Assembly (NCBI GenBank): GCA_964640085.1 | Contig: CAZXFA010000001.1 | Coordinates: forward strand, 67,586 to 131,585 | DNA from: an uncultured Actinomycetes bacterium | GTDB lineage: Bacteria > Actinomycetota > UBA4738 > HRBIN12 | Direction of reading: 5' to 3' | Length of the DNA stretch: 64,000 nucleotides | Shown here: positions 55,229 to 64,000 of the stretch, piece by piece | How the letters are laid out: every line of letters starts with the position of its first letter | Numbering within the stretch: the stretch's first letter is position 1 | Made by a program: the position numbers and the translations under genes | Notes under the pieces: model-generated | Seen by the model: the letters and a program-made list of their open reading frames with translations, nothing else | Databases searched by the model: none | Told to the model about the DNA's origin: nothing

Positions 55229-55525
55229 ATGCTCCAGATCACCGACACGGCCGCGTCCGCGTTCCGGGACATCCTGTCGAACGAGGACGTCCCGGGATCC
55301 GCCATCCGGCTCGCGCCGGAGACGCAGGCAGACGGGCGAGCGAGCATCTCGCTCCAAGCGATCGACCAGCCCGCTCCGACCGACGCACCTGCCGAGGCAT
55401 CGGGCGTGCAGGTCGTCGTGGCGCCCGAGCTCGCGGCCTCGCTGGACGATGCGATCCTCGATGCCAGGCCGAGCCAGCAGGGGACGGAGTTCTTCATCCG
55501 CCCTCAGGAACCGCAGGCGTCCTGA
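55229..55525 (+). CDS. HesB/IscA-fold (Fe-S biogenesis-like) domain protein lacking the conserved Cys ligands (98 aa)
   Basis: GGAAGGAGGG lies 6 nt upstream of ATG 55229. MLQITDTAASAFRDIL...GSAIRLAPE...ISLQAIDQPAPTDAPAEASGVQVVVAPELAASLDDAILD follows the I.LT..A...I...G.GLRL....VD..S...L.G..ID pattern of the IscA/HesB fold, but has no Cys. Confidence 0.5.
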   Translation: MLQITDTAASAFRDILSNEDVPGSAIRLAPETQADGRASISLQAIDQPAPTDAPAEASGVQVVVAPELAASLDDAILDARPSQQGTEFFIRPQEPQAS

Positions 55526-55627
55526 ACCCCGCGGGTGGGGCGGTCTCCGGCGCGCCCCGCCCGACCGGGTCCTGGGGCTCGCCCAGCGGCAGGACGGCGT
55601 CCGCCCCGCGGTACGATGTGAGGCCGA

Positions 55628-55700
55628 GCGCCGGTAGCTCAATGGATAGAGCATCTGACTACGGATCAGAAGGTTGGGGGTTCGACTCCCTCCCGGCGCG
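55628..55700 (+). tRNA. tRNA-Arg (anticodon ACG)
   Basis: Acceptor GCGCCGG/CCGGCGC (perfect), D-arm AGCTCAATGGATAGAGC, anticodon stem TCTGA/TCAGA with loop CTACGGA, T-arm GGGGG-TTCGACT-CCCTC, discriminator G. Confidence 0.85.
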
Positions 55701-55711
55701 CTAGGTTCTGT

Positions 55712-56170
55712 TCAATCCGCGCAGAACGTCTGCACCCGCGCGATCCCGAGCGGCGACGGGTCGAGGGCCCTGGCGAACCGGGTCGCCTCGCGGAAGCGCT
55801 CGAAGTAGACGGCGACCGTGGCCAGGTCCCCGCGGACCCCGAGCTGGGCCGCGGCTCCCTGGTCGCAGGCGATGCTGCCGGGGAAGGCCTCGATGCCGAG
55901 CTCGGCGAGCAGATCCACGGCCGCCTCGAGCTCGGGCGTGTCGAACGGCGCCACCGCCAGGTACACGCCGAAGTACGTTCCGCCGTGCTCGACGTCCGTC
56001 GTGATCGGCGAGGGGAGGGCGGTAGGCGTCGGGCTGGGCTCGGCCGACGGGACCGGGGACGCCGTGACCGAAGGGGTCGGGACCGGCGCGGGTGAGACCG
56101 CCTGGGGGTCGCCGTTGTCGCACGCGGAGACGAGGAGCCCCACCAGCGCCAGAGCGGGGAACCGTCGCAT
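55712..56170 (-). CDS. putative lipoprotein (signal peptide with lipobox LVSAC, Pro/Ser/Thr-rich linker, ~90-aa C-terminal domain)
   Basis: MRRFPALALVGLLVSACDNGD..., then SPAPVPTPSVTASPVPSAEPSPTPTALPSPITTD. The stop overlaps a 6-bp hairpin (GTTCTG...CAGAAC) just after tRNA-Arg. Confidence 0.55.
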   Translation of the reverse strand: MRRFPALALVGLLVSACDNGDPQAVSPAPVPTPSVTASPVPSAEPSPTPTALPSPITTDVEHGGTYFGVYLAVAPFDTPELEAAVDLLAELGIEAFPGSIACDQGAAAQLGVRGDLATVAVYFERFREATRFARALDPSPLGIARVQTFCAD

Positions 56171-56240
56171 GTCTCCATGCTGACCGATGGTCGGCGGTCT
56201 GTCTCCCCGCCGGCCGCGATCGCCGTGTGGCCGGCCGAGA

Positions 56241-58283
56241 TCAGGAGAACCGGATCTTCGTCACGAAGGCGTCCCGGTCGCCCGCGTTCTCGTGGTCCTC
56301 GAACGCGCCATGTGTCTCGCCACCGATGTAGGCGGCCGAGGTCCCTACGGTGAGCGCGTTCCCGGCGTCGAAGTCGTCGGTGCCGAACTGGACGGTCCAC
56401 GATTGCACGCCCTTGGCGTCGTACTGCAGCAGGAAGGCGTCGGTCTCCCCGAGCAGGATGGCGTCCGGGAGGGCGCCGTTGGTCGCTCCGGCCACCAGCA
56501 CGCCGGTCGACGTGATCCCCACGCCGGCGACGCGGTCGTCCCCCGCCGAGCCGAACTGCCGGGTCCAGACCTCGACCCCCTTCGGATCCAGCCGGCGGAG
56601 GAAGCCGTCGAACCCCCCGTGCCCGGTCGTGTCGGGGAACACCCCCGAGGTGGTCCCTCCCACGAAGGCCTTCCTCGGGCGGACGACGAGGCCACCGACG
56701 TGGTCGTCGCCGGCCGTCCCGAACCGGGTGGTCCGGCGCACCCTGCCGCTGCGCGAGAGCGTGCCGACGAACCCGTCGATGCCTCCGATCCCAGGGCCCC
56801 CGAACCTTCCGTCGGTCGTGCCCGCGACCCAGACCCGGCGTCCCTGGACCTCGACCCCGGTGATGCGTTCCGCGCCCCGGGCGCCGATCTGGCGGGTCCA
56901 GACCTCGGTTCCCGAACGAGTGAGCTTCCTCACGAAGGCGTCGAGCCCTCGGCTGCGGCCCGCGAGCCGTCCCCCGGTGGAGCCCGCGACGTACACGCCG
57001 GTGGCGTCGAGAGCGATGGCGAGCGCTTCGTCGTCGGCCCGCGTCCCGAACTGCATGGTCCAGCGTTCGTTCCCCCTCAGGTCGTACGCGCGGACGAACG
57101 CGTCGACCCTGCCCGTGGAGCGCTCGCCCCTCAGCGTGCGGTCTGTGGTCCCTGCCACATAGACGCCCGTCCGGTCGACGGCCACCGCGAGTGCCCGATC
57201 GACCCCCGTGGTTCCGAACTGCCGCGTCCAAAGCTCCCGACCGCGGGGGTCGTGGACGCGGACGAACGCGTCGGCCAGGCGATGCCAGTCCTGACCCGGC
57301 AGCTCCATGTTCGTCTGGCCGACCGCGTACACGCCCCCGGGCCCCGTGTCGAGCCCGAGCGTGAGGTCGTACCGCTGGGTCCCGAACTGGCGGGTCCAGT
57401 CGGGTGTCGGGGTGGGCTGCACGGCCCGGCAGCGGATGTCCGCGTTCAGACATTCGGACACGAGCTGGTCCAGGCGCGGCTGCTGCCACGTGTTCCAGAA
57501 GTCCGAGTGCATCGTGAAGTACGGGCCGCTCGAGAGCAGGAGCGCCGGGCCACCCGCTGGGCCGAGCGGGCTCATCACGCCGAGATGGATCCGCTGGCTG
57601 AGCCTGGGAAGGTGGTGCGGGAACGCGGCTGGGCACGAGGTGCCGATCGGGTACGCCACGTCCGAAGGCTCCAGTCCCACGCCGTTCCAGCAGCTCGGCA
57701 TGTCCACGATGGCGACGATCCCGTCCACGAAGTCGTACCGCTCCGCCCACTGGGTGCAGTCGTAGGGGGCGTCTTCGCGCGGGGTCTTCACGTTCTTGGT
57801 CTCGCCGCAGAACCAGCGCACGTGCGGGTTCCCGGTGGCCGAGGTGGCCGACGGGTTCCCACCGATCATCTTCAGCCCCGGTGGGATCGTCTCCACGTCG
57901 CGGCCCTCGAGGCCGAGGTAGTAGATGCGCATCACCGGCGGGGTGATCTGGCGGCCGTTGAGCGAGAAGACCGGTGCCCAGTACCCGGCGGTATCGCTCG
58001 GGACCCGGCACGTCGTGGAGCCGGCCAGCATCGAGTCCACGGTCGAGTGGGCGTCCACGGTGCTGTTGCCGAAGAAGTCGTGAAGGTGGGACGCGCCCGG
58101 CACGCCGGGGTGGACGATCGGATCGTCGGGCAGCGTGTGCGAGTGGCGGCAGCGGATCACGAACTGCCCGGGGGAGCCATCCGCGGCCGAAGCGGGCACC
58201 GCACCCGCGAGGGAGGCCAACAGGGCGATCGCGACGAAGGCCGTGACCATCGGCCGGATGGGCTGCGGGGGTCGGGTCCCCAT
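56241..58283 (-). CDS. secreted DUF1996-domain protein with C-terminal beta-propeller (SBBP-type) repeats, ~680 aa
   Basis: Start at ATG 58283 (internal to track ORF 56241..58505). Signal peptide ...MVTAFVAIALLASLAGAVPASAADG. DUF1996-like region ...CRHSHTLPDDPIVHPGVPGASHLHDFFGN.... Then 7-8 repeats of the form G.(R/D)(V/L)DAFV(R/K).....G.E.WT.QFG...(D/A)D......(V/I)...G.(Y/L)V(A/G)G.T. Confidence 0.65.
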   Translation of the reverse strand: MGTRPPQPIRPMVTAFVAIALLASLAGAVPASAADGSPGQFVIRCRHSHTLPDDPIVHPGVPGASHLHDFFGNSTVDAHSTVDSMLAGSTTCRVPSDTAGYWAPVFSLNGRQITPPVMRIYYLGLEGRDVETIPPGLKMIGGNPSATSATGNPHVRWFCGETKNVKTPREDAPYDCTQWAERYDFVDGIVAIVDMPSCWNGVGLEPSDVAYPIGTSCPAAFPHHLPRLSQRIHLGVMSPLGPAGGPALLLSSGPYFTMHSDFWNTWQQPRLDQLVSECLNADIRCRAVQPTPTPDWTRQFGTQRYDLTLGLDTGPGGVYAVGQTNMELPGQDWHRLADAFVRVHDPRGRELWTRQFGTTGVDRALAVAVDRTGVYVAGTTDRTLRGERSTGRVDAFVRAYDLRGNERWTMQFGTRADDEALAIALDATGVYVAGSTGGRLAGRSRGLDAFVRKLTRSGTEVWTRQIGARGAERITGVEVQGRRVWVAGTTDGRFGGPGIGGIDGFVGTLSRSGRVRRTTRFGTAGDDHVGGLVVRPRKAFVGGTTSGVFPDTTGHGGFDGFLRRLDPKGVEVWTRQFGSAGDDRVAGVGITSTGVLVAGATNGALPDAILLGETDAFLLQYDAKGVQSWTVQFGTDDFDAGNALTVGTSAAYIGGETHGAFEDHENAGDRDAFVTKIRFS

Positions 58284-58353
58284 GAGACGTCCGACGCTAC
58301 CACGGGCGCCAACCGGGGCTAGGATGGCGTCCCGCCTCGCGAGAGGAGCCGTC

Positions 58354-59325
58354 ATGCGCCACGTGAACCTGGGGCGGCACGGTGTGAAGGTCAGCCGGTT
58401 GTGCCTGGGAACGATGAACTTCGGCCCGGAGACGAGCGAGGAGGACTCGTTCGCGATCATGGACCGGGCGCTGGATGAGGGCATCAACTTCTTCGACACC
58501 GCCAACGTCTACGGGCGCTGGAAGGGTGTCGGGGCCACCGAGACGATCCTCGGGCACTGGTTCGCGAAGAGCGGCGGTCGCCGGGAGAAGGTGGTCCTGG
58601 CCACGAAGGTCTACAACAAGATGGGGGATTGGCCGAACGAGTTCCGTCTATCCGCGTACCACATCCGGCGCGCGTGCGAGGACTCCCTACAGAGGCTCCG
58701 GACCGACCACATCGACCTCTACCAGATGCATCACATCGACCGCCATGCCCCGTGGGACGAGGTGTGGCAGGCATTCGACACGCTCGTGCAGCAGGGGAAG
58801 ATCAGCTACGTCGGCTCCTCGAACTTCGCGGGCTGGCACATCGCGCAGGCGAACGAGACCGCACGGGAGCGGCACCGGCTCGGACTCGCGTCCGAGCAGT
58901 GTGAGTACAGCCTCGCCCAACGGATGGGCGAGCTCGAGGTCCTGCCCGCCTGCGAGGGCTACGGCATGGGCGTGATCCCCTACAGCCCGCTCGCCGGCGG
59001 CCTGCTGGGCGGGATCCTCGGGAAGACCGGCGGGCGGAGCCAGAGCGACGAGTGGGTGCAAGGGGAGCTCGCCGAGCGTCGGGACCAGGTCGAGGCGTTC
59101 GAGGCGCTCTGCCGCGAGCTGGGCGAGGCCCCCGCCGTGGTGGCCCATGCGTGGCTCCTGGCGAACCCGGTGGTGACGGCCCCGATCATCGGGCCGCGGA
59201 CGATCGAGCAGCTCGATGCTCCGCTCCGTTCGCTCGAGGTGGAGCTGGGCGAGGACGCCATGCGGCGCCTGGACGAGATCTTCCCCGGGCCAGGCGGCCC
59301 CGCTCCCGAAGCCTACGCCTGGTAG
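58354..59325 (+). CDS. aldo/keto reductase family oxidoreductase
   Basis: GAGAGGAG lies 5 nt upstream of ATG 58354. ...LCLGTMNFG..., ...DTANVYG..., catalytic tetrad context (D, Y, K, H), ...ISYVGSSNF.... 323 aa. Confidence 0.9.
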   Translation: MRHVNLGRHGVKVSRLCLGTMNFGPETSEEDSFAIMDRALDEGINFFDTANVYGRWKGVGATETILGHWFAKSGGRREKVVLATKVYNKMGDWPNEFRLSAYHIRRACEDSLQRLRTDHIDLYQMHHIDRHAPWDEVWQAFDTLVQQGKISYVGSSNFAGWHIAQANETARERHRLGLASEQCEYSLAQRMGELEVLPACEGYGMGVIPYSPLAGGLLGGILGKTGGRSQSDEWVQGELAERRDQVEAFEALCRELGEAPAVVAHAWLLANPVVTAPIIGPRTIEQLDAPLRSLEVELGEDAMRRLDEIFPGPGGPAPEAYAW

Positions 59326-59356
59326 GGATCTCGGTCGGCCGGTATATCGTTCGACC

Positions 59357-60298
59357 GTGGGCCGTGCCCGTTCGTTCCTGTTCGCGCTGCTCCTGATCGG
59401 GGCCGGGGTCCTCCTGCTGCTCCAGCAAGCGGAGGTGATCGCGGAGGACGTCAGCGTGTGGCCGATCATCCTGATGGGCGTCGGCGCCCTGTGGGTCCTC
59501 GAACGTCTGCTCCTGGGTGGCGGTGAGGGGTACGTGTTCCCGCTCGTGGTGTTCGCGATCGGACTGGCGTTCCTCCTCGAGGACCTGGACGTCGTCGACC
59601 CTGACGGGGTCCTGCTGCCGCTGGTGGTGATCGCGATCGGGCTCGGGTTGCTGCTCGGCGCCGCTCCCGCGCGGGGGCCGCGCTCGGAGCGGCGACAGGT
59701 GCCGCTCGAGGGGGCGAGCAGGGCACGCATCGAGGTGGACCACGGCGCAGGCCGGCTCCGGATCGGGTCGCACGTCGGCGGGGAGGACCTGGTGGAAGGG
59801 ACGTTCGTCGGAGGGGTGGACGTCCGCCGGCGGCGCGATGACGGGAGCGTCGACGTGCGGCTCTCGGCCAACCCGTGGCGGGCTGGGTTCCCGTGGGCGC
59901 GTGGCGGGGCCCTGGACTGGTCCCTCACCCTGTCGCGCAGCGTGCCGACCGAGCTCCACGTCAACACGGGCGCGAGCAACGCCGAGATCGACCTGAGCGA
60001 GAGCCACGTCGAGGAGCTCCGGCTCGAGACCGGGGCGAGCAAGACCGTCGTCACCGTTCCGGCCACGGGGAAGCCAACGGTCCGGATCCGGGGCGGCGCC
60101 GCCGAGATCAAGGTGGTCGTCCCGGCCAGGATGGCGGCCCGGATCCGGATCCAAGGGGCGCTCGCGGCCGTGTTCGTCGACCGGCACCGGTTCCCCGAGG
60201 CGGACGACCGCGAATACCGCTCCCCAGACCTGGAGGAGGCGGCCGATCGTGCCGACATCCAGGTCGACGCCGGCGCCGCGAAGGTCGAGGTCCTCTGA
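59357..60298 (+). CDS. membrane protein with C-terminal toastrack (DUF2154/DUF4097, LiaF-like) beta-helical domain
   Basis: GTG 59357, in the frame of track ORF 59216..60298. Four N-terminal TM helices, then a repetitive beta-solenoid (...ARIEVDHGAGRLRIGS..., ...VDVRLSANPW..., ...ELHVNTGASNAEIDLS..., ...LRLETGASKTVVTV..., ...VRIRGGAAEIKVVV...). Confidence 0.55.
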   Translation: MGRARSFLFALLLIGAGVLLLLQQAEVIAEDVSVWPIILMGVGALWVLERLLLGGGEGYVFPLVVFAIGLAFLLEDLDVVDPDGVLLPLVVIAIGLGLLLGAAPARGPRSERRQVPLEGASRARIEVDHGAGRLRIGSHVGGEDLVEGTFVGGVDVRRRRDDGSVDVRLSANPWRAGFPWARGGALDWSLTLSRSVPTELHVNTGASNAEIDLSESHVEELRLETGASKTVVTVPATGKPTVRIRGGAAEIKVVVPARMAARIRIQGALAAVFVDRHRFPEADDREYRSPDLEEAADRADIQVDAGAAKVEVL

Positions 60299-60302
60299 CG
60301 GA

Positions 60303-61634
60303 TCAGAGCACGCCGGCGGCGCGCAGGGCGGACTCACGCGCGCGCTCGGTGAGCCGACCGAGGCCCTCGGAGATCCGAGGCTCTGGCGGCTCGGGGTCCT
60401 CGATCCGACGGGCGTGCATCGGGATCCGCCCGAGGTCGCTGTGGAACAGCTCCCGAGCCGTGCCGAGCGTCCGATGGGGACCCGTGCGCCGGCCTTCCCG
60501 CATGACCGGGACGAGCAGCGGTTCGTGGTCGTCGGGCAGCGGCTCGTCCCGGAGGGCCAGCACGTCACCCTCCGCGCCGCGGAACACCTGCTTGCGTCCC
60601 GGGTACGTGTGCTTGTTCGGCGAGAGCTTGATCATCGGCCGGCCGTCGTACTCCACGAGCTTGTAGGCCGAGTCGAGGTAGGGGGCGTCGGCCGAGACTC
60701 CGATCCGGGTGCCCACTCCGAACGCATCGATCGGCGCTCCGGAGCGGACGAGCCGGTCGACCTCGAACTCGTCCAGGCCGCCGCTCGCGAAGATCCGGAC
60801 GCCGTCGTGGTCCGCCTCGTCCAAGATCGCCCGGCTCCGCCGGGCGAGCTCGGCCAGGTCGCCGCTGTCCAACCGGACCCCGAGGTTGCGCTCCAGCCCG
60901 AGCTCGCGGATCACGTCGATCGCGGTGCGGACGCCGTTCAGGGTGTCGTAGGTGTCCACCAGGAACGTCGTCTTGTCCGGGAAATCCTGCGCGAAGGTTC
61001 GGAACGCCTCGGCCTCGGTCGGGAACGACTCGATGTAGGAATGGGCCATCGTCCCCACCACCGGCAGCCCGAACCGGCGCCCGGCCTCCACGTTGCTCGT
61101 CGCCGCGAACCCCACGATCCACGTCACCCTTGCGACGTTCAGCGCGGCGTCGAGCCCCTGCGTGCGCCGCAGCGCGAAGTCCACCACGCTCCGCCCGTCG
61201 GCGGCCAGGACGCATCGGGCGGCCTTCGAGGCGATCGTGGTCTGGAAGGTGATCTGGTTCAGGAGGTACGGCTCCACGAGCTGCGCCACGGCGATCGGTG
61301 CGGTGAGCTCGAGCAGCGGCTCGTTCGCGTAGACGACCCGCCCCTCCGGCACCGCCCACACGTCGCCGTCGAACCGGAGCCGGGCGAAGGCCTCGAGCAC
61401 CTCGTCGTCGAACCCCAGCTCGCGGCCGAGGTGCTCGAGCTCGTTCTCGGTGAACCCGAACGTCTCGAGGAACGCCAGGCAAGGCTCCAGCCCCGCCGAG
61501 ACCAGGAACCCACGGTCCGGCGGAAGGGCCCGGACGAACAGGCTGAACGTGGCCTCCTGGCGCATGCCGCGCTGGAGGTAGCTCGCGGCCATGTTGAGCT
61601 CGTAGAGGTCGGTCAGCAGGGCGCTGGGCGGCAT
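60303..61634 (-). CDS. pncB: nicotinate phosphoribosyltransferase
   Basis: MPPSALLTDLYELNMAASYLQRGM... (NAPRTase N-terminal signature), ...GTMAHSYIESF..., ...RLDSGDL.... 443 aa. Confidence 0.9.
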   Translation of the reverse strand: MPPSALLTDLYELNMAASYLQRGMRQEATFSLFVRALPPDRGFLVSAGLEPCLAFLETFGFTENELEHLGRELGFDDEVLEAFARLRFDGDVWAVPEGRVVYANEPLLELTAPIAVAQLVEPYLLNQITFQTTIASKAARCVLAADGRSVVDFALRRTQGLDAALNVARVTWIVGFAATSNVEAGRRFGLPVVGTMAHSYIESFPTEAEAFRTFAQDFPDKTTFLVDTYDTLNGVRTAIDVIRELGLERNLGVRLDSGDLAELARRSRAILDEADHDGVRIFASGGLDEFEVDRLVRSGAPIDAFGVGTRIGVSADAPYLDSAYKLVEYDGRPMIKLSPNKHTYPGRKQVFRGAEGDVLALRDEPLPDDHEPLLVPVMREGRRTGPHRTLGTARELFHSDLGRIPMHARRIEDPEPPEPRISEGLGRLTERARESALRAAGVL

Positions 61635-61717
61635 CGGACCATAAGGCTACGCGACGGCGCTGGGCCGGACCCGCCTCCGGGGGTCGGAGGTCCCCCCGAC
61701 GGTGCGCCCTTCGCCAG

Positions 61718-62860
61718 GTGGGCGCGACCGTCACCTCCGCCAGCCTGGTGGCGGGAGGTGTGCTCGTGCGGTACCTGGACCGCCCGGGGATCGGCGCGCT
61801 GCTGCGCTCGCTCGTGGATGCGGGCTACGCGCTGATCGGACCGACCGTGCGTGAGGGGGCCATCGTCCTCGAGGAGATCGAAGGGATCGAGGACCTCCCG
61901 TCGGGGGTGGGCGAGGAGCAGGCGCCCGGTGCCTACCGGCTGACCGAGCGCAACGACGACCGACTCTTCGGCTGGGCGCACGGCCCCGATGCAGCCAAGC
62001 GTTTCCTGTTCCCTCCGCGCGAGCTCCTGGCGACCGTCCGCCGGAACGGCTCGATGACCGTGGTGCGCCCGGGGGAAGAGCGCCCGTACGCGGTCGTCGG
62101 CCTCCGGTCCTGCGACCTGCACGCGATCGCGGTGCAGGACCGGGTGTTTATGGACCTGGACCCCGCCTACCGGCGCCGGCGGGAGCGTGCCGTGTTCGTC
62201 GGCGTGAACTGCGCCGAGCCCGGTTCGACCTGCTTCTGCGCCTCGATGGGCACCGGCCCGCGATGCACGACCGGGTTCGACCTGGCGCTGACCGAGCTCG
62301 ACGAGGGGTTCGCGGTGGAGGCCGGGACGCCGAGGGGCGAGGAGCTCCTGTCGGCCGTCGAGAGCCGCGAGGCGACCCGAGCCGAGGTCGCCGCGGTCGA
62401 GCGGATCGTCGGGCGGGCGACCGCCCGGATGGGGCGGACGCTGGACACGTCCGACATGCCGGGGCTGCTGTACCGGAACCGGGAACACCCTCGTTGGGCC
62501 GCTGTCGCGGCCCGGTGCCTGGCCTGCGCGAACTGCACGAACGTGTGCCCCACGTGCTTCTGCCACGACGTCGTGGACGGCGTGAGCCTGTCGGGCGACG
62601 TGGCGACGCGGACCCGCGAGTGGGCCAGCTGCTTCGGCCAGGAGTACAGCTGGGCCGCGGGCGAGACGGTCCGGATGTCCCGGGACTCCCGTTACCGCCA
62701 GTGGCTGACCCACAAGTTCGCCTCTTGGATCGACCAGTACGGAACGTCCGGCTGCGTCGGCTGCGGACGCTGCATCACCTGGTGCCCGGTCGGCATCGAC
62801 GTGACCGAGGAGATCGTCGCGATCCGCGCGACCGACGGTGAGGTGGTGGAGGCGGGGTGA
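61718..62860 (+). CDS. Fe-S subunit of a group-3b-type [NiFe] hydrogenase (sulfhydrogenase beta / AsrA-like)
   Basis: Cys clusters CAEPGSTCFC and CLACANCTNVCPTCFC...CVGCGRCITWCP (ferredoxin-like 4Fe-4S motifs). The true start may be GTG 61766 (GGAGG 8 nt upstream) rather than 61718. Confidence 0.65.
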   Translation: MGATVTSASLVAGGVLVRYLDRPGIGALLRSLVDAGYALIGPTVREGAIVLEEIEGIEDLPSGVGEEQAPGAYRLTERNDDRLFGWAHGPDAAKRFLFPPRELLATVRRNGSMTVVRPGEERPYAVVGLRSCDLHAIAVQDRVFMDLDPAYRRRRERAVFVGVNCAEPGSTCFCASMGTGPRCTTGFDLALTELDEGFAVEAGTPRGEELLSAVESREATRAEVAAVERIVGRATARMGRTLDTSDMPGLLYRNREHPRWAAVAARCLACANCTNVCPTCFCHDVVDGVSLSGDVATRTREWASCFGQEYSWAAGETVRMSRDSRYRQWLTHKFASWIDQYGTSGCVGCGRCITWCPVGIDVTEEIVAIRATDGEVVEAG

Positions 62861-63729
62861 ACGCGAGCGTGACCGAGGTCCGTCGGACGCAGCCGGAGGG
62901 TGGCCCCACCCGCGTGGCCGTGATCCAGCGGGTCGTGCCCGAGACCCCGGAGTCGGCCACGTACTGGAGCACGTGGCGCGACGGCGACGGGGAGGGGTAC
63001 GCGTTCGAGGCGGGCCAGTTCAACATGATCTACGTCTACGGGGTCGGCGAGGTCGCGATCTCGATCTCGTCCGACCCGGCGCACCCGCAACGGCTCGGCC
63101 ACACGATCCGCTCGGTCGGCCGGGTGACGAACGTGATCAAGGACCTGAAGCCCGGGGACGAGATCGGGATCCGCGGTCCGTTCGGGACGCCCTGGCCGCT
63201 GCACGAGGCGGAGAGAGGCGACCTGGTCGTGGTCGCCGGTGGGGTGGGCGTCTGCCCCGTGCGCCCGGCGATCGAGACCGCGATGCGCCGACGGGACCGC
63301 TACCGACGTTTGATCCTGTTGCTCGGGGCGAGGACGCCGCGGCTCCTCCCGTACCAGGAGGAGCTCGACTGGTGGCTCGCCACGATGGAGCGCCTGGGGG
63401 TCGAGCTCCACCTGACGGTGGACGAGGCCGAGCCGGGCTGGCTCTACGGCGAGGGCGTCGTCACGACGCTGTTCCCGAAGGCGCAGATCGAGGCGGCGCG
63501 CACGACCGCGTTCATCTGCGGCCCCGAGATCATGATGCGCTTCGCCGGTGAAGGCCTGACCGAGCTCGGGGTACCGCGCGAGCGGATCTTCGTCTCGATG
63601 GAGCGGAACATGCAGTGCGGGATCCGGCTCTGCGGGCACTGCCAGCTGGGGCCCTACTTCGTGTGCGCCGACGGGCCCGTGTTCAGGTACGACCGGATCG
63701 CCGACCTCTTGGAGGTGCGCGAGCTGTGA
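62857..63729 (+). CDS. FAD/NAD(P)-binding + [2Fe-2S] subunit (sulfhydrogenase gamma / AsrB / PyrK-like)
   Basis: Ferredoxin-reductase-type FAD/NAD domains (...LVVVAGGVGVCPV...) and a C-terminal CGIRLCGHCQLGPYFVCADGP 2Fe-2S motif. 4-nt overlap with the upstream gene. Confidence 0.7.
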   Translation: MNASVTEVRRTQPEGGPTRVAVIQRVVPETPESATYWSTWRDGDGEGYAFEAGQFNMIYVYGVGEVAISISSDPAHPQRLGHTIRSVGRVTNVIKDLKPGDEIGIRGPFGTPWPLHEAERGDLVVVAGGVGVCPVRPAIETAMRRRDRYRRLILLLGARTPRLLPYQEELDWWLATMERLGVELHLTVDEAEPGWLYGEGVVTTLFPKAQIEAARTTAFICGPEIMMRFAGEGLTELGVPRERIFVSMERNMQCGIRLCGHCQLGPYFVCADGPVFRYDRIADLLEVREL

Positions 63730-64000
63730 TCGCCAGCCCGAAACGCGGACCGCGGGTCGCGGTGTTCAAGATGGCCTCCTGCGACGGGTGCCAGCTGCAG
63801 CTGCTGGACGCCGAGGAGGCCCTGCTCGAGCTGGCGGGGGCTATCCAGATCGTGAACTTCGCCGAGGCCTCGAGCCACATGGAGCCGGGGCCGTACGACG
63901 TGACGCTGGTCGAGGGGTCGGTCTCGACACCCGAGCAGGAGGAGCAGATCCGGCAGATCCGTGGGGACACGCGGTTCCTGATCACGATCGGCGCCTGCGC
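63726..64000 (+). CDS. [NiFe] hydrogenase small (delta) subunit, N-terminal part; gene runs off the window end
   Basis: VIASPKRGPRVAVFKMASCDGCQLQLLDAEEALLELAGAIQIVNFAEASS... has the CxGC proximal-cluster motif at the expected N-terminal position. 4-nt overlap with the upstream gene. Confidence 0.6.
   Translation, partial: MIASPKRGPRVAVFKMASCDGCQLQLLDAEEALLELAGAIQIVNFAEASSHMEPGPYDVTLVEGSVSTPEQEEQIRQIRGDTRFLITIGAC

Overview
This is a 64-kb window of high-GC (about 70-72%) chromosomal DNA, most likely from an actinobacterium; a deep-branching lineage such as Thermoleophilia or Rubrobacteria is possible. The evidence is a single PknB-type kinase in the fhaA-fhaB-pstP-rodA-pbpA-pknB cell-division cluster (no pknA), a coproporphyrin-dependent haem pathway (cpfC/hemH, hemQ/chdC, hemY/cgoX), CrgA, and many 4-nt GTGA/ATGA overlaps between consecutive genes. 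All calls below come from motif recognition by eye, not from database searches.

The window is densely coding, with about 70 genes on both strands. The supported contents, in order, are:
- gdhA (5' end only), crgA, a divergently transcribed penicillin-amidase-family acylase, and a fadD-GNAT-HAD unit.
- A DapA-like aldolase / PfpI pair.
- A histidine operon: hisD-hisC-hisB-hisH-hisA-hisF, then hisI, then hisG. There is no hisE anywhere in the window.
- A tandem ThyX-like protein translationally coupled to pknB, followed by the pknB-pbpA-rodA-pstP-fhaB-fhaA cluster.
- tRNA-Leu(CAG).
- A nitric-oxide module: a three-domain copper nitrite reductase (nirK) divergent from an Rrf2/NsrR-like regulator, plus a small Cys-rich ORF.
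- An orphan LarC N-domain gene, a DUF4446-bactofilin pair, serS, a 4xPAS protein, and tRNA-Ser(TGA).
- A MacB-like ABC transporter (duplicated ATPase plus a 914-aa FtsX permease).
- A lower-GC three-gene module containing a TadE/G-like Cys-rich protein.
- A large haem-biosynthesis neighbourhood: hemE-hemH-hemQ, hemY, hemL, hemB, hemD-hemC-hemA. A ChrA-like transporter, a cupin, an amino-acid dehydrogenase with pterin dehydratase, and msrA are interspersed.
- dmpA, a CBS protein, tRNA-Ser(GCT) with a downstream partial duplicate of its 3' end, and tRNA-Arg(ACG).
- A DUF1996/beta-propeller secreted protein, an aldo/keto reductase, a toastrack/LiaF-like membrane protein, and pncB.
- The first three genes of a group-3b-like NiFe hydrogenase, which runs off the window end.

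I saw no CRISPR array, IS element, integrase or rRNA. The most unusual loci are the tRNA-Ser-flanked mini-island, the lower-GC TadE/G-like module, the nsrR-nirK-Cys-rich unit, the orphan LarC1, and the tandem-ThyX gene welded to pknB.
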